A stretch of DNA of 64,000 nucleotides from Gemmatimonadales bacterium (GCA_965249575.1 OZ252244.1:3136001-3200000); one strand, 5' to 3'. Counted from the first letter of the stretch, positions 47,662 through 61,992 are shown. Notes: generated from the sequence alone by a model not told the origin. Translations and numbers: made by a program.

Positions 47662-48051
47662 ATGGCGCAAACATCATCAGGCGGTAAGCGGACGAAGAAA
47701 GCCGTGGAGGCTGAGGGGATAGCCCACATTACGGCGACCTTCAACAACACGCTGATCACGATCACGGATACGCAGGGCAACACGGTCGCGTGGGGCTCGG
47801 CGGGCAAGTCGGGGTTCAAGGGATCGAAGAAGTCCACGTCCTTCGCTGCGACGGTTGCCGCCGAGAACTGCGGGCGGGAAGCTTTCAATCTCGGTGTTCG
47901 GCGTATTCACGTGCGTGTGCAGGGTCCCGGGTCCGGTCGTGAATCGGCAATCCAGGCGTTGGCCAGCGCGGGACTGAACGTCGCATCGATACGTGACGTG
48001 ACCCCAATCCCGCACAACGGCTGCCGCCCCCCAAAGAAACGCCGGGTCTGA
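47662..48051 (+). CDS. rpsK: 30S ribosomal protein S11
   Basis: [33 protein letters not shown]. Confidence 0.98.
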   Translation: MAQTSSGGKRTKKAVEAEGIAHITATFNNTLITITDTQGNTVAWGSAGKSGFKGSKKSTSFAATVAAENCGREAFNLGVRRIHVRVQGPGSGRESAIQALASAGLNVASIRDVTPIPHNGCRPPKKRRV

Positions 48052-48054
48052 TTC

Positions 48055-48690
48055 ATGGCGCGTTATACCGGACCCGTCTGTAGGCTGTGCCGTCGCGAGG
48101 GGACCAAGCTGTTCCTCAAGGGGTCCCGGTGCCTGACCGAGAAGTGCGCGGTCGACAGACGGGCCTACGCCCCGGGCCAGCACGGGCAGTCGACCGGTCG
48201 CCGCCGTAAGACCTCAGAATACGCGAAGCAGCTGCGCGAGAAGCAGAAGGTCAAGCGGACCTACGGTCTGTCCGAGCGCCAGTTCCGCAATACCTTCGAC
48301 AGGGTCCGCCAACTGCCGGGCGTCACGGGCGAGAACCTGCTGGTGGCGTTGGAGACCCGGCTCGACAATATCGTCTATCGGATGGGATTCTCGGCCAGTC
48401 GCCGGGGGGCACGGCAACTCGTTCGACATCGGCACGTGCAGGTGAACGGCGCCACCGTCGACGTTCCGTCATTCAGGGTCCGGCCAAAAGACGAGATCGG
48501 GCTGCGTCCCGCGAGCAAGGACTTGACCGCGGTACGCGCGTCTCTCGAGGCGCTGTCACGCGCCGCGCCGGTGTCATGGCTGACGGTTGATTCGGACAAG
48601 GCGGTTGGGAAGGTCATGGAACGACCGACCCGCGAAACCATCCCGGTAGCCGCCCAAGAACAACTCATCGTCGAGCTCTACTCGAAGTGA
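48055..48690 (+). CDS. rpsD: 30S ribosomal protein S4
   Basis: ARYTGPVCRLCRREG, QLREKQK, RLDNIVYR, IVELYSK. Confidence 0.98.
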   Translation: MARYTGPVCRLCRREGTKLFLKGSRCLTEKCAVDRRAYAPGQHGQSTGRRRKTSEYAKQLREKQKVKRTYGLSERQFRNTFDRVRQLPGVTGENLLVALETRLDNIVYRMGFSASRRGARQLVRHRHVQVNGATVDVPSFRVRPKDEIGLRPASKDLTAVRASLEALSRAAPVSWLTVDSDKAVGKVMERPTRETIPVAAQEQLIVELYSK

Positions 48691-48692
48691 CC

Positions 48693-49754
48693 ATGAAAGT
48701 CGACCTGTCCGGCCTGGTTTCGCCCCATCTCGTCGAAATGACGAAGCGGGAAGACAACGTCTTCTCCGCGGAGTTCCGGCTGCAGCCACTCGAACGGGGA
48801 TACGGGTACACGCTGGGAAACTCACTCCGGCGCATGCTGCTGTCGTCGCTGCCGGGGGCCGCGGTCTGGGGGTTCCGACTCGACGGCGTGGTGCACGAGC
48901 ACCAGACGATTCCCGGGGTTGTCGAAGACGTGCACCAGATCATCCAAAACTTGAAGTCGCTGACGCTCGTGTTGGCCGAGGAGGTCCCCGAGGTCGTTCT
49001 CCACATCAAATCGTCGGAGGCGGGAGCCGTCCAGGCACACCATATCGAGCAGCATGGGGCCGTGCAGGTAATCAATCCGGAACACGTTCTGTTCACGCTC
49101 GAGGAGGACCGGGAGGTCTCGGGTGAACTGTACGTGAACCGTGGTCGCGGCTACGTGGAGGCATCTCAGCATCCGGTCGATCGGTCCCTGCCGGTCGACA
49201 TGGTGCGCATCGATGCGGTTTACAATCCCGTGCGCCGGGCCAATTTCACCGTGGCCGAGACGCGCGTCGGGCAGCGAACCGATTTCGACCGGCTTACGGT
49301 CACGGTAGAGACCAACGGGACGCTCACTCCCGAGGACGCCGTTGCCTATGCGGCCGCCCTGTTACAGGAGCACTTCAGGTTCTTCCTCGACTTCGGCAGC
49401 GTATCGACGGTGTTCGGTCAGGCGAACGGCGCTTCGGAGCAGGAGGCTGGACGGCTGCGCGCGCTGTTGGCCCGTCCGATCGACGACTGTGGACTCTCGG
49501 CTCGGTCCATCAATTCGCTGAAAAATTCCAACATCGGTGTGCTCGGCGATCTGGTTCGATATACCGAAGAAGAAATGCTCCGAGTGAAAAACGTCGGTGA
49601 GAAGGCCTTGGGAGAGATCGCCGACCTGCTTCAGCGTGAGGGATTGAACTTCGGCATGGAGCTCGACGAGGTAGACGGCGACCTGGTGATTCGGAACGAA
49701 GGGACGCCGCCGTCCAATATCGGCGGCATCGGCGAGCCAGTCGGGGAGCCGTAG
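48693..49754 (+). CDS. rpoA: RNA polymerase alpha subunit
   Basis: PLERGYGYTLGNSLRR, RGRGY, RVGQRTDFD, LSARSINSLK. Confidence 0.97.
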   Translation: MKVDLSGLVSPHLVEMTKREDNVFSAEFRLQPLERGYGYTLGNSLRRMLLSSLPGAAVWGFRLDGVVHEHQTIPGVVEDVHQIIQNLKSLTLVLAEEVPEVVLHIKSSEAGAVQAHHIEQHGAVQVINPEHVLFTLEEDREVSGELYVNRGRGYVEASQHPVDRSLPVDMVRIDAVYNPVRRANFTVAETRVGQRTDFDRLTVTVETNGTLTPEDAVAYAAALLQEHFRFFLDFGSVSTVFGQANGASEQEAGRLRALLARPIDDCGLSARSINSLKNSNIGVLGDLVRYTEEEMLRVKNVGEKALGEIADLLQREGLNFGMELDEVDGDLVIRNEGTPPSNIGGIGEPVGEP

Positions 49755-50110
49755 TGCGCCATCGGGCGAGGGGTCGCCAGCTCAGCCGGACGGCGAGCCA
49801 TCGCCGCGCGATGCTGAACAACCTCATGACGTCCTTGTTCACTCACGATCGCCTCGTGACTACCGAGGCCAAGGCCAAGGAAGTGCGCCCGCTGGCCGAA
49901 AAGCTGATCACGTTCGCGCGGCGGGGCGATCTGCACGCGAGACGCCAGGTGGAGCGGCGCATCCGCGACCGGGCCGCGGCGGGGCGGCTCTTCGGCGAGA
50001 TCGGGCCGCGGTTTGCGGGACGACCGGGCGGCTACACCCGGATTATCAAGTTGGGGCATCGCCGGGGTGATGGTGCGGAGATGGCGAGGATCGAACTCCT
50101 TGCGGAGTGA
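49754..50110 (+). CDS. rplQ: 50S ribosomal protein L17
   Basis: MRHR...LSRTASHR, TTEAKAKE, GGYTRIIK, RRGDGA. Confidence 0.98.
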   Translation: MRHRARGRQLSRTASHRRAMLNNLMTSLFTHDRLVTTEAKAKEVRPLAEKLITFARRGDLHARRQVERRIRDRAAAGRLFGEIGPRFAGRPGGYTRIIKLGHRRGDGAEMARIELLAE

Positions 50111-50138
50111 CCGGGCCGTCGGAGTTGGGATTTGTGAT

Positions 50139-50162
50139 GGGGACCGCTTGGTCCCCGTTTTT

Positions 50163-50164
<2 letters not shown>
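50139..50164 (+). terminator. Rho-independent terminator of the alpha operon
   Basis: GGGGACC-GCTT-GGTCCCC followed by G and T7. Confidence 0.85.
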
Positions 50165-52408
<2,244 letters not shown>

Positions 52409-52425
<17 letters not shown>

Positions 52426-55400
52426 TATCGAGAGCATCTTGCTCATCGGATCCGGCCCCATCGTGATTGGGCAGGCGGCGGAGTTCGACTACTCGGGGAC
52501 GCAGGCGGTCAAAGCGCTGCGGGAGGAGGGGTACAGGGTCGTTCTGGTCAATTCGAATCCAGCGACGATCATGACTGATCCCGAAGTCGCGGACCGTACG
52601 TACGTCGAACCGGTGACGCCCGAATGGGTCGCGAAGGTGATCGAGCGGGAGCAACCGGATGCCCTGCTGCCGACCATGGGCGGGCAGACGGCGCTCAACG
52701 TGGCCATGGCGCTCGCGGAGGACGGCACCCTCGAACGCCACGGTGTCACCCTGATCGGCGCGGACGAGTGCGCTATTCGCATGGCGGAGGATCGCTCGGA
52801 ATTTGCCAAGGCCATGGAGCGCATCGGGCTGCAAGTCCCGCAGGGCCGGGTCATCAGTTCGCGGGACGAGGCCGTCGAGGCGGTGGCCGCTACCGGATAC
52901 CCGGCCATCATCCGACCGTCGTTTACGCTCGGAGGGACCGGGGGTGGGGTCGCCTACAATCGCTCCGAATACGAGACGCTGATCGAGCGGGCCCTCGCGC
53001 TCTCGCCGGTCCATACGGCGTTGGTGGAGCGCTCCGTGTTGGGCTGGAAGGAGTTCGAGCTCGAGGTCATGCGGGATTCGTACGACAACGTCGTCATCGT
53101 CTGCTCCATTGAGAATTTCGACGCGATGGGTGTGCATACCGGCGACTCCATTACCGTCGCGCCGGCCATGACGTTGACCGACCGGGAGTACCAGACGATG
53201 CGCGACGCGGCCATCGCCATCATCCGAGAGATCGGCGTGGCCGCAGGCGGCTGCAACATCCAATTCGCGGTGAATCCGGCCGATGGCGAGATGCTGGTGA
53301 TCGAGATGAACCCCCGGGTATCGCGATCGTCGGCGTTAGCGTCAAAGGCGACTGGATTCCCGATCGCGCGCATCGGGGCGAAGCTAGCGGTGGGCTTCGC
53401 GCTGCACGAGCTGCCGAACGACATCACCAAGACGACCCCGGCATCCTTCGAGCCGGTACTCGACTACGTCGTGGTGAAATGCCCGCGGTTCGCTTTCGAA
53501 AAATTTCCCACCGCCGACGCGACCCTCACGACCCAAATGAAATCGGTCGGTGAGGCCATGGCGATCGGCCGCACATTTAAGGAAGCATTTCAAAAGGGCA
53601 TCCGAGCGCTCGAGATCGACCGTCCGGGTTGGGTCACCGGGCACGTCCCTGAGGATGACCGGCTCAGGGCTGCTGACGCGGAAAGCATCAAACTTGCCCT
53701 GAGGACCCCGACGCCGGACCGGATTTTCCAGATCAAGTGGGCGTTTCGGGCGGGGGCAACCGTATCGGAGCTTGCCGAGCTAACGGCGATCGATCCGTGG
53801 TTTCTGGCGCAGCTCGAAGAGCTGATTGAGGCCGAGGACCAGTTTCAGGCCGCCACCGATTTGGACGCCGGTGGGGTTCGCACCATGAAGCGACTCGGGT
53901 TCTCCGACGCGCAGCTGGCCGAACTGCGGGGCCTGTCAGAGGACGAGATTCGCCGATATCGGTGGGACAACGAGATTCATGCTGCCTACAAGGTGGTGGA
54001 TACCTGCGCGGGTGAGTTTCCATCCCAGACCCCGTATCTCTACTCGTCGTACGACGATGAGAACGAGTCGGAGCCGATCGGTGATGACGGGGTGGTGATT
54101 CTCGGGAGCGGGCCGAATCGCATCGGGCAGGGAGTGGAGTTCGACTACTGCTGTGTCCGCGCGGGGCTGGCGTTCCGGGAGCTCGGCTATCGCACCATCA
54201 TGATCAATTCGAATCCCGAGACGGTCTCCACCGACTTCGATACCTCCGACAAGCTCTACTTTGAGCCGCTGACGCTCGAGGACGTGCTCGAGATCGTTCG
54301 GCTCGAGAAGCCCAAGGGGGTCGTGGTGCAGCTCGGAGGGCAGACCCCGCTCAAGTTGGCAAAGGGGCTCGAGGCCGCAGGCGTGTCGATCCTCGGCACC
54401 AGTCCCGAGGCCATCGATATCGCCGAAGACCGCCGCCGGTTCGAGGAGTTGAGCCGGAGGCTCGGCGCCACGCAACCCGCCAACGGGACCTGCACGAGCG
54501 TAGACGAGGCTGTTGCCGTTGCCGATCGTATCGGATATCCCGTTCTCGTCCGGCCCTCCTATGTATTGGGCGGTCGCGCGATGGAGATCGTGTATGACGA
54601 GCCGTCACTCCGGGACTACTTTGGCCGCGCGGCTCGCGTCTCGCCGGCACACCCCGTCCTGATCGACAGCTTCCTGGAAGACGCCTTCGAGGCGGACGTC
54701 GACGCGCTGTCCGATGGAGAGCGGTGCATCATTGGCGGGGTCATGCAGCATATCGAGGAGGCCGGCGTGCACTCCGGTGACTCGGCGTGCGTCATGCCTC
54801 CCTATCTCGTCGACGAGGCCGCGGTCGATGAGATGAGGGTTCGGACCCGTGCCTTCGCAAAGGAACTGGGCGTCGTCGGACTGATCAACGTCCAGTATGC
54901 GGTGCGAGACGGGGTCGTCTACGTGCTGGAGGTGAATCCCCGAGGGTCGCGGACCGTTCCCTTCGTGAGTAAAGCCACCGGCGTCCCGCTGGCGAAGCTC
55001 GCGGCGGCCGTAATGGTCGGCCGCACCCTCGACCAGCTCGGGATGTCCAAAGAGGTATCGATTCCGTATGTGGCGGTCAAAGAGGCGGTATTCCCGTTCA
55101 CGAAACTGCCGAACGTCGATACGCTGCTCGGCCCGGAGATGCGGTCGACGGGTGAGGTGATGGGGATCGCCGACAGTTTCGGGATGGCGTTCGCCAAAGC
55201 GCAAATTGGGGCGGATGCGGCGCTGCCGCTCGAGGGAACGGTGTTCGTGACCGTCAACGACCGCGACAAGGCCACGGTCGTCCCAATTGCGAGGCGCTTT
55301 CATGAGATGGGGTTCTCGGTCCTCGCGACCGACGGCACGGCTCGGTATCTCAGCCAGCGCGGCATTCCCGCGGAGAAAGTCCTCAAGGTCTACGAGGGGC

Positions 55401-55714
55401 GCCCGAACGCGAGCGACCTCATTCTCTCGGGCGCGGTGCAGCTCCTCATCAATACGCCGATGGGGAAGCTGACGCTGCAAGACGACTCACATATCCGTCG
55501 CACCGCCCTGCAGCACGGCATTCCCTACACTACGACGATGTCGGCAGCGAGCGCCGCCGGTGATGCGATTCTTGCCCTGCGAAGCCGGCGCGGCTCAGTG
55601 CGATGCCTCCAGGAATGGTATGAGATCCGCGGAGAGGTGAAGGGGATGACTCGCATGCTAGGCGCGAACAGCGGTGACGTGGCCCAGGCGGTCGGGGTCG
55701 ATCGTCCGCGATGA
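52409..55714 (+). CDS. carB: Carbamoyl-phosphate synthase large subunit
   Basis: [17 protein letters not shown], two ATP-grasp domains, [13 protein letters not shown] domain. Confidence 0.98.
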
Positions 55715-56631
55715 CCTCCGCTCTGCTCCATGAGTTGCAGCAGAGGGTCGGATGCGACGTGACTCCGGGGGCGCCCCTCGCCACGCACACGACGTACCGG
55801 ATCGGAGGCCCCGCGGCGGTGTTGGTGACTCCACGCGGGATGGACGAAATTGCGGAGGTTCTCCAGTTCGCCGTGGAGACGGGGACCTCTTGGCTCGTTC
55901 TCGGGCTGGGGTCGAACATCCTGGTTCCGGATAGCGGCTTCGATGGGATCGTGCTCCGTCTGGGCAAGCCGATGGGATCGATCGTTCGGACGGGAGGCGA
56001 TCGTTGGACGGTCGGGGCGGGCCTCCCGACACCGTTGCTGGCTCGAAGAAGCGCGGCGGCCGGCCTGGGCGGCGTCCAGCGACTCGTTGGCGTCCCCGGG
56101 ACCGTTGGTGGCGGGGTATTCATGAATGCTGGAGCCCACGGCCAGGACTACAGCCAGGTGGTGCGCTGGGTTGACATCATCGATCCGGGCGGGCACGCGC
56201 GGCGCCTGCGCGGGGACGACATCGTCTGGCGGTATCGGGGCAGCGGGCTCGAGGGAAGCGTGGTCGCGGCCGCCTCGCTTGCCTTCGAGGCTGGGGACCC
56301 GGCGCTCCTTCTCCGAGAGCTGGGCCACAACCTCCGGCGGCGTCGGCGTGGGACGCCTTTTGACCAGCCGTGCTGCGGCTCAGTGTTTCGAAATCCCGGG
56401 GCCACGGGCGATCCGGATGTTCCGGCCACTGCTGGGAAACTGATCGAGGCGGCGGGGCTCAAGGGATACTCGGTTGGGGGTGCGGGGGTTTCCGGCATGC
56501 ACGCCAACTACATCGTGAACACCGGAGGCGGCACGGCCGCGGACGTCTTGGCAGTGATCGCCCACGTGCGCGAAGACGTCCACCGGAGGTTCGATGTCGA
56601 GCTCGAGCTCGAAGTGAAGGTGATCACGTAG
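55711..56631 (+). CDS. murB: UDP-N-acetylmuramate dehydrogenase
   Basis: [44 protein letters not shown]. Confidence 0.95.
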   Translation: MTSALLHELQQRVGCDVTPGAPLATHTTYRIGGPAAVLVTPRGMDEIAEVLQFAVETGTSWLVLGLGSNILVPDSGFDGIVLRLGKPMGSIVRTGGDRWTVGAGLPTPLLARRSAAAGLGGVQRLVGVPGTVGGGVFMNAGAHGQDYSQVVRWVDIIDPGGHARRLRGDDIVWRYRGSGLEGSVVAAASLAFEAGDPALLLRELGHNLRRRRRGTPFDQPCCGSVFRNPGATGDPDVPATAGKLIEAAGLKGYSVGGAGVSGMHANYIVNTGGGTAADVLAVIAHVREDVHRRFDVELELEVKVIT

Positions 56632-56638
56632 TCCGGCC

Positions 56639-57232
56639 ATGTCTAAGGACTACTTCGCGCATGAAAGCGCCTGCATCGACGAAGGCGCCGAGATCGGCAA
56701 GGGCACCAAGATCTGGCACTTCTGCCATGTCATGGGAGGCGCCAAGATCGGGCGAGGGTGCACGCTCGGTCAGAACGTCGTGGCGATGCCCGGATCCCGC
56801 ATCGGAGACCGCGTGAAGATTCAAAACAACGTGTCCGTGTACGAGGGGGTGGTGCTCGAGGACGATGTGTTCTGCGGCCCGTCGTGCGTCTTTACGAATG
56901 TGTCGAATCCGCGGAGTGAAGTGTCACGGAAGGAGGAGTTCCAGCCAACCGTCATCCGGCGTGGTGCGACCCTTGGGGCGAATGCAACTATCGTCTGCGG
57001 TGTGACGCTGGGTGAATACGCCTTCGTCGGAGCAGGCGCGGTTGTGACAGCGGACGTCGCGTCCTACGCGCTGGTAATAGGGGTTCCGGCTCGGCGCGTT
57101 GGGTGGGTGTGCCGGTGTGGGGAGCGCCTCCCCGAGCATCGAGTGGCGCCCCAGTGCGGGCGATGCGGGCGCCGATATCGGGGCGGAGGTGGTGAAACCG
57201 AGCAGATTGATTTTGACCCCGCGGTAAGCTAA
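56639..57232 (+). CDS. Hexapeptide N-acetyltransferase (WbpD/WlbB-like)
   Basis: KIWHFCH, KIQNNVSVYEG, VFTNV.NPRS, G.PARR.GW. Confidence 0.88.
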   Translation: MSKDYFAHESACIDEGAEIGKGTKIWHFCHVMGGAKIGRGCTLGQNVVAMPGSRIGDRVKIQNNVSVYEGVVLEDDVFCGPSCVFTNVSNPRSEVSRKEEFQPTVIRRGATLGANATIVCGVTLGEYAFVGAGAVVTADVASYALVIGVPARRVGWVCRCGERLPEHRVAPQCGRCGRRYRGGGGETEQIDFDPAVS

Positions 57233-57263
57233 GTTTTTATCCCTTCTGCACTTGAATAGCGTC

Positions 57264-58379
57264 GTGAACATACCGCTGCTGGACCTCAGAGCCCAGTTTC
57301 AATCCATTCGGGGCGAAGTTCTGCCGGCGCTCCTTGAGATCGTCGAGCGGCAGCAGTTCATCCTGGGGCCGCCGGTCAGCGCGCTCGAGGCCGCGATCGC
57401 CGAGCGCTGTCACTCGGGCTTTGGGATTGGGTGCGCCAGCGGAACCGACGCGTTGTTGCTCTCGCTCCGGGCACTGGATGTCGGTCCAGGCGCCGAGGTG
57501 ATCACCTCCCCGTTCACGTTCTTCGCGTCGGCGGGCTCGATCCACAACGTGGGGGCCCGGCCGGTGTTCGTGGACATCGACCCGGCCACCTTCCTTCTCG
57601 ACCTCGGTGAGGTCGAGACGCTGATCTCGGATCGGACCCGCGCGATTATTCCGGTGCACCTGTTCGGTCAAATGGCACAGATGGAGCGCGTCACCGCGCT
57701 TGCCGAGCGCCACCACCTCGCGGTCGTCGAAGACGCTGCACAAGCCATCGGCGCGCGCCAGCGGGTGCAGGCGAAGTGGCGGATGGCGGGGGAGCTCGGC
57801 AGCAGTGGAGCGTTCTCTTTTTTCCCCAGCAAGAACCTCGGTGGGTGGGGGGACGGCGGGATGATCGTCACGCGGGACGCGGCGCTGGCCGGTCGGCTGA
57901 AGAGGCTGAGGACACACGGTGGCGCCAAGACGTACCACCATGATGAGGTGGGGTTCAACAGCAGGCTCGATGGCTTGCAAGCGGCTGTTCTGTTGGCGAA
58001 GCTTCCGCACCTCGATGCTTGGGCAGAGGCGCGAAGGGCGAGGGCCGCAATCTACGACGACGCGCTCAGCGATGTGGCGGAGGTAGTCGTGCCGACGACG
58101 GAGCCGTCAAATGAACACGTGTACCACCAATACACGATTCGTGCGGAGCGGCGCGATGACCTTCGGGCGCATCTCGACGGCGCCGCAATAGGTTGTAACG
58201 TGTACTATCCGGTGCCTCTGCATCTACAACCCTGTTTTGCCGGTCTCGGTTACACCGTGGGACGGTTTCCGGAGGCCGAACGCGCGAGCCGCGAAGTCCT
58301 ATCCCTTCCGATCTATCCTGAGCTTGGCGAGGACGATTGTCTGCGTGTCGCCGAGACGATCCGCGGATTCTACCAGTGA
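57264..58379 (+). CDS. DegT/DnrJ/EryC1/StrS aminotransferase (WbpE/WlbC-like)
   Basis: SGTDAL, PVHLFGQ, EDAAQ, SFFPSKNLG, NSRLD; start may be 57252. Confidence 0.92.
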   Translation: MNIPLLDLRAQFQSIRGEVLPALLEIVERQQFILGPPVSALEAAIAERCHSGFGIGCASGTDALLLSLRALDVGPGAEVITSPFTFFASAGSIHNVGARPVFVDIDPATFLLDLGEVETLISDRTRAIIPVHLFGQMAQMERVTALAERHHLAVVEDAAQAIGARQRVQAKWRMAGELGSSGAFSFFPSKNLGGWGDGGMIVTRDAALAGRLKRLRTHGGAKTYHHDEVGFNSRLDGLQAAVLLAKLPHLDAWAEARRARAAIYDDALSDVAEVVVPTTEPSNEHVYHQYTIRAERRDDLRAHLDGAAIGCNVYYPVPLHLQPCFAGLGYTVGRFPEAERASREVLSLPIYPELGEDDCLRVAETIRGFYQ

Positions 58380-59401
58380 GCGACCGTCTCGAGATTGCGG
58401 TCATCGGCGCCGGGAACTGGGGTCGCAACCACATCCGTACGCTGAGTGCCATGCCGGACGTGAACCTCGCGGCGGTGTGTGACCGATCGGGTGAGCGACG
58501 TGAGCTCGTGCGCCAGCTGCATCCCGACGTGGACGTCACCGCGAGTGCCGACGAGGCCATGGACAAGGCGCAGGCAGTGGTCGTCGCGACGCATGCGATG
58601 ACGCACGCGGAGCTGGCGCGCAAGGCGATCGGCCGCGGCCTGCCGGTCCTCGTGGAGAAGCCGTTCACGCTCTCCGTCACTGATGCTGAAGCCGTCGCGC
58701 AGCTGGCCGAGCAGGCGGGTATCCAGGTCGTGGTGGGGCATCTGCTTCTGTTTCATCCGGCCATCGAGCGCCTCAAAGTCATGGTCGACGGCGGTGATCT
58801 CGGGTCCATGTATTATCTGTACGCACAGCGAGTGAATCTGGGCCAGGTGCGTCCCGACGAGAACGCACTGTGGAGTTTTGGCCCGCACGATGTCTCCATT
58901 GCCATTCACTTGTTGGGTCAGACCCCCGGTCGGGTCACCGCGCAGGGCCGAAGCTACCTCCAGGCAGGTATCGAGGATGTCGTGTTTTTGACGATGGAGT
59001 TCGAGTCGGGAGCGATGGCTCACGTGCAGATGTCGTGGCTGGATCCCCATAAGGAGCGACGCCTCACGGTGGTCGGGTCGCGAAAGATGGTGGTCTTCGA
59101 TGACATGCAGGCGCGGGAGAAACTCAAGATCTACGACAAAGGTGTGGATCGGCCGCCCGAGTACTCGTCGTACGGCGAGAGCCTGGCCATCCGCGAAGGC
59201 GACATTACGATCCCGCGGGTCCCCAATGTCGAGCCGCTCAGCGCCGAGCTGCGCCACTTCGTCGATGTCGCGCGGGGCGTCACGAGCTCGAGGGTCGGAC
59301 CGAGGAGTGGTGCGGAGGTCGTGCGGGTGTTGGCCGCGGCGTCGGCGTCGCTGCTCGACGGCGGCCGCAGCGTCGAGCTTGAATCGATGGGGGTCTCGTG
59401 A
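58376..59401 (+). CDS. Gfo/Idh/MocA oxidoreductase (WbpB/WlbA-like)
   Basis: GAGNWG, VEKP, VGH, HD motif. Confidence 0.88.
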   Translation: MSDRLEIAVIGAGNWGRNHIRTLSAMPDVNLAAVCDRSGERRELVRQLHPDVDVTASADEAMDKAQAVVVATHAMTHAELARKAIGRGLPVLVEKPFTLSVTDAEAVAQLAEQAGIQVVVGHLLLFHPAIERLKVMVDGGDLGSMYYLYAQRVNLGQVRPDENALWSFGPHDVSIAIHLLGQTPGRVTAQGRSYLQAGIEDVVFLTMEFESGAMAHVQMSWLDPHKERRLTVVGSRKMVVFDDMQAREKLKIYDKGVDRPPEYSSYGESLAIREGDITIPRVPNVEPLSAELRHFVDVARGVTSSRVGPRSGAEVVRVLAAASASLLDGGRSVELESMGVS

Positions 59402-60690
59402 CGGCCGTCGCTGATCTGATTGCCAAGAGCGAGGATCGATCGGCGGTCTTCGGCATCATCGGTCTGGGCTACGTCGGCCTACCGCTGGCCAAGGAGGTCG
59501 CGTCTTCCGGCTATCAGGTCGTCGGGTTCGACGTCAGCCAGCGCGTCGTTGACGGGATCAACGCCGGGGAGTCCCACATCGCGGACGTGTCCAGCGAGGA
59601 ACTCACGAGGTACGTGGGAGACGGCCGCGTGTCGGCGACCTCGGACATGGAACGATTGTCGGACGTAGATGTGGTGTCGATCTGCGTGCCGACACCGCTA
59701 TCAAAGACGAAGGATCCCGATGTTTCCTTCGTAATGGCCGCGGCTGAAGCGGTAACGGCCACGGTGCGGGCCGGCCAGGCCGTGGTGCTCGAGAGCACGA
59801 CATATCCGGGAACCACGCGCGAGCTATTGCTCCCGCGCATCGAATCGCGAGGGCTCAAGGTTGGCCGCGATGTTTTCCTGGCCTTTAGTCCTGAGCGAGT
59901 CGATCCCGGCAATCCCACGTGGCACACGAGGAACACGCCGAAAGTCGTCGGCGGGATTACCGAGGCGTGCGGCCGGGTCGTGCTCGCGCTCTATAAACCC
60001 GTCTTCGACTGTCTCGTCCCGGTCTCGTCTCCAGAGGCGGCCGAGCTCGTCAAGCTTCTGGAAAACACGTTCCGCAGCGTGAACATCGGTCTCGCCAACG
60101 AGATGGCGATCGTCTGCGACAAGCTGGGCGGGGATGTCTGGGAGGTGATCGATGCCGCGGCCACGAAGCCGTTCGGTTTCATGAAGTTCTCCCCGGGTCC
60201 CGGACTCGGTGGCCATTGTATCCCGATCGATCCACACTATCTCGCGTGGAAGATGCGCGGGCTCAACTACAAGACCCGGTTCATCGATGTGGCGGGTGAA
60301 GTCAACTCGGAGATGCCCGCGTTTTGGGTACGGAAGGTGGCGGAGGCGCTCAACGAAGGCGCCAAGGCCGTGAGGGGATCGCGGGTGCTCCTCCTGGGCG
60401 TCTCGTACAAGAAGGACGTCGACGACGTGCGTGAGAGTCCGGCACTCGACATCATCCGGCTCCTCCAACAGCAGGGTGCTCAGGTTCGGTATCACGACCC
60501 CTACGTCACGACGGTGAGCGAGGATGGAACGGTCCTCGACAGTGTGGCTCTCACCTCAGACGAAGTGCGTAGTGCGGATTGCATCCTCATCGCGACGGAT
60601 CATTCGAATGTGGACTATCGCATGATATCGAAGGAGGCCTCGCGGGTGGTGGATACGCGGAACGTGCTGAATCGGAAGGAGCCGTCGTGA
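59398..60690 (+). CDS. UDP-N-acetyl-D-hexosamine 6-dehydrogenase (WbpA/WecC-like)
   Basis: GLGYVGLPL, CVPTP, ESTTYPGTT, SPER, KLLENTFR, GGHCIPIDP. Confidence 0.92.
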   Translation: MTAVADLIAKSEDRSAVFGIIGLGYVGLPLAKEVASSGYQVVGFDVSQRVVDGINAGESHIADVSSEELTRYVGDGRVSATSDMERLSDVDVVSICVPTPLSKTKDPDVSFVMAAAEAVTATVRAGQAVVLESTTYPGTTRELLLPRIESRGLKVGRDVFLAFSPERVDPGNPTWHTRNTPKVVGGITEACGRVVLALYKPVFDCLVPVSSPEAAELVKLLENTFRSVNIGLANEMAIVCDKLGGDVWEVIDAAATKPFGFMKFSPGPGLGGHCIPIDPHYLAWKMRGLNYKTRFIDVAGEVNSEMPAFWVRKVAEALNEGAKAVRGSRVLLLGVSYKKDVDDVRESPALDIIRLLQQQGAQVRYHDPYVTTVSEDGTVLDSVALTSDEVRSADCILIATDHSNVDYRMISKEASRVVDTRNVLNRKEPS

Positions 60691-61988
60691 AGGTCGCAGT
60701 CGTTGGAACCGGCTATGTGGGTCTGGTGGTCGGGGCTTGCCTAGCGGAGACCGGGAACGAGGTGGTCTGCGCCGATCTCAGCGACCAAAAGATCAACCAG
60801 CTCAAGACCAACCGGATCCCCATCTACGAGCCCGGCCTGGAACCGTTAGTGCTTCGTAACCAGCAAGAGGGCCGACTGCGGTTCACCACCGACGTCGGAA
60901 CCGCGGTCAAAATGGCGGACGTGGTGTTCATCGCCGTCGGCACGCCGGCCGGTGAGGACGGCTCCGCCGATCTCCAGCACGTGCTCGCGGTGGCGGAAAC
61001 GATCGGCGAGAACATGGACCGACCGAAGGTGGTGATTACCAAGAGCACCGTTCCCGTGGGCACAGCCTCCAAAGTGCGTGACGTCATCGCATCTCGGACC
61101 AGCGAGCGGTTTCATGTCTGTTCGAATCCGGAGTTCCTGAAGGAGGGGGCTGCCGTCGAGGACTTCATGAAGCCCGATCGTGTCGTCGTGGGCGTCGACT
61201 CCGACGAGGCGGCCCAACTGCTACAGGAACTCTACAGTCCATTCGTGCGCACCGGGAACCCGCTGATCTTCATGGACGTCCCGTCGGCCGAGCTCACCAA
61301 GTACGCGGCAAACGCCATGCTGGCGACTCGGATCACGTTCATGAACCAGATCGCGGAAGTCTGCGAACACATCGGGGCTGACATCACGTTGGTTCGCAAG
61401 GGAGTGGGGAGCGACTCGCGCATTGGCCCGGCGTTCCTCTTCCCCGGCCCCGGATATGGGGGATCGTGCTTCCCAAAGGACGTCCGGGCGCTGATCCGCA
61501 CGTCCGAGGATTGCGGGGTTTCGCTCGAAGTGCTGAAAGCGGTCGAGGCCGTCAACGAGCGGCAAAAAACGCGACTCCTGGAAAAGTTGACCCAGGTTCT
61601 CGACGGAGGGCTCGCGAACGCCACTATTGCGGTTTGGGGACTCGCGTTCAAGGCACGCACGGATGACATGCGCGAGAGTCCGGCTATCGAGCTGATCGAG
61701 GGCTTGCTCGCGCAGGGGGCGACCGTGCAGGCGCATGATCCTGCCGCGATCGAAACGGCCCGCGGCGTCTTCGGGGATCGGATCACCTATTCCGATCGCG
61801 CCTATGACGCCCTCGATGGAGCCGAGGCGCTGGTCATCGTGACCGAATGGCTGGAGTTCCGTAACCCTGATTTCGCGCGAATGAAAGATTTACTACGGCG
61901 CCCGGTGATCGTTGACGGCCGCAACCTCTACAACCCGACCAAGATGCGCGGCCTGGGGTTCACCTATGTCGGGATCGGACGGGGGTGA
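60687..61988 (+). CDS. ugd: UDP-glucose 6-dehydrogenase
   Basis: [41 protein letters not shown]. Confidence 0.94.
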   Translation: MKVAVVGTGYVGLVVGACLAETGNEVVCADLSDQKINQLKTNRIPIYEPGLEPLVLRNQQEGRLRFTTDVGTAVKMADVVFIAVGTPAGEDGSADLQHVLAVAETIGENMDRPKVVITKSTVPVGTASKVRDVIASRTSERFHVCSNPEFLKEGAAVEDFMKPDRVVVGVDSDEAAQLLQELYSPFVRTGNPLIFMDVPSAELTKYAANAMLATRITFMNQIAEVCEHIGADITLVRKGVGSDSRIGPAFLFPGPGYGGSCFPKDVRALIRTSEDCGVSLEVLKAVEAVNERQKTRLLEKLTQVLDGGLANATIAVWGLAFKARTDDMRESPAIELIEGLLAQGATVQAHDPAAIETARGVFGDRITYSDRAYDALDGAEALVIVTEWLEFRNPDFARMKDLLRRPVIVDGRNLYNPTKMRGLGFTYVGIGRG

Positions 61989-61992
61989 ATTC

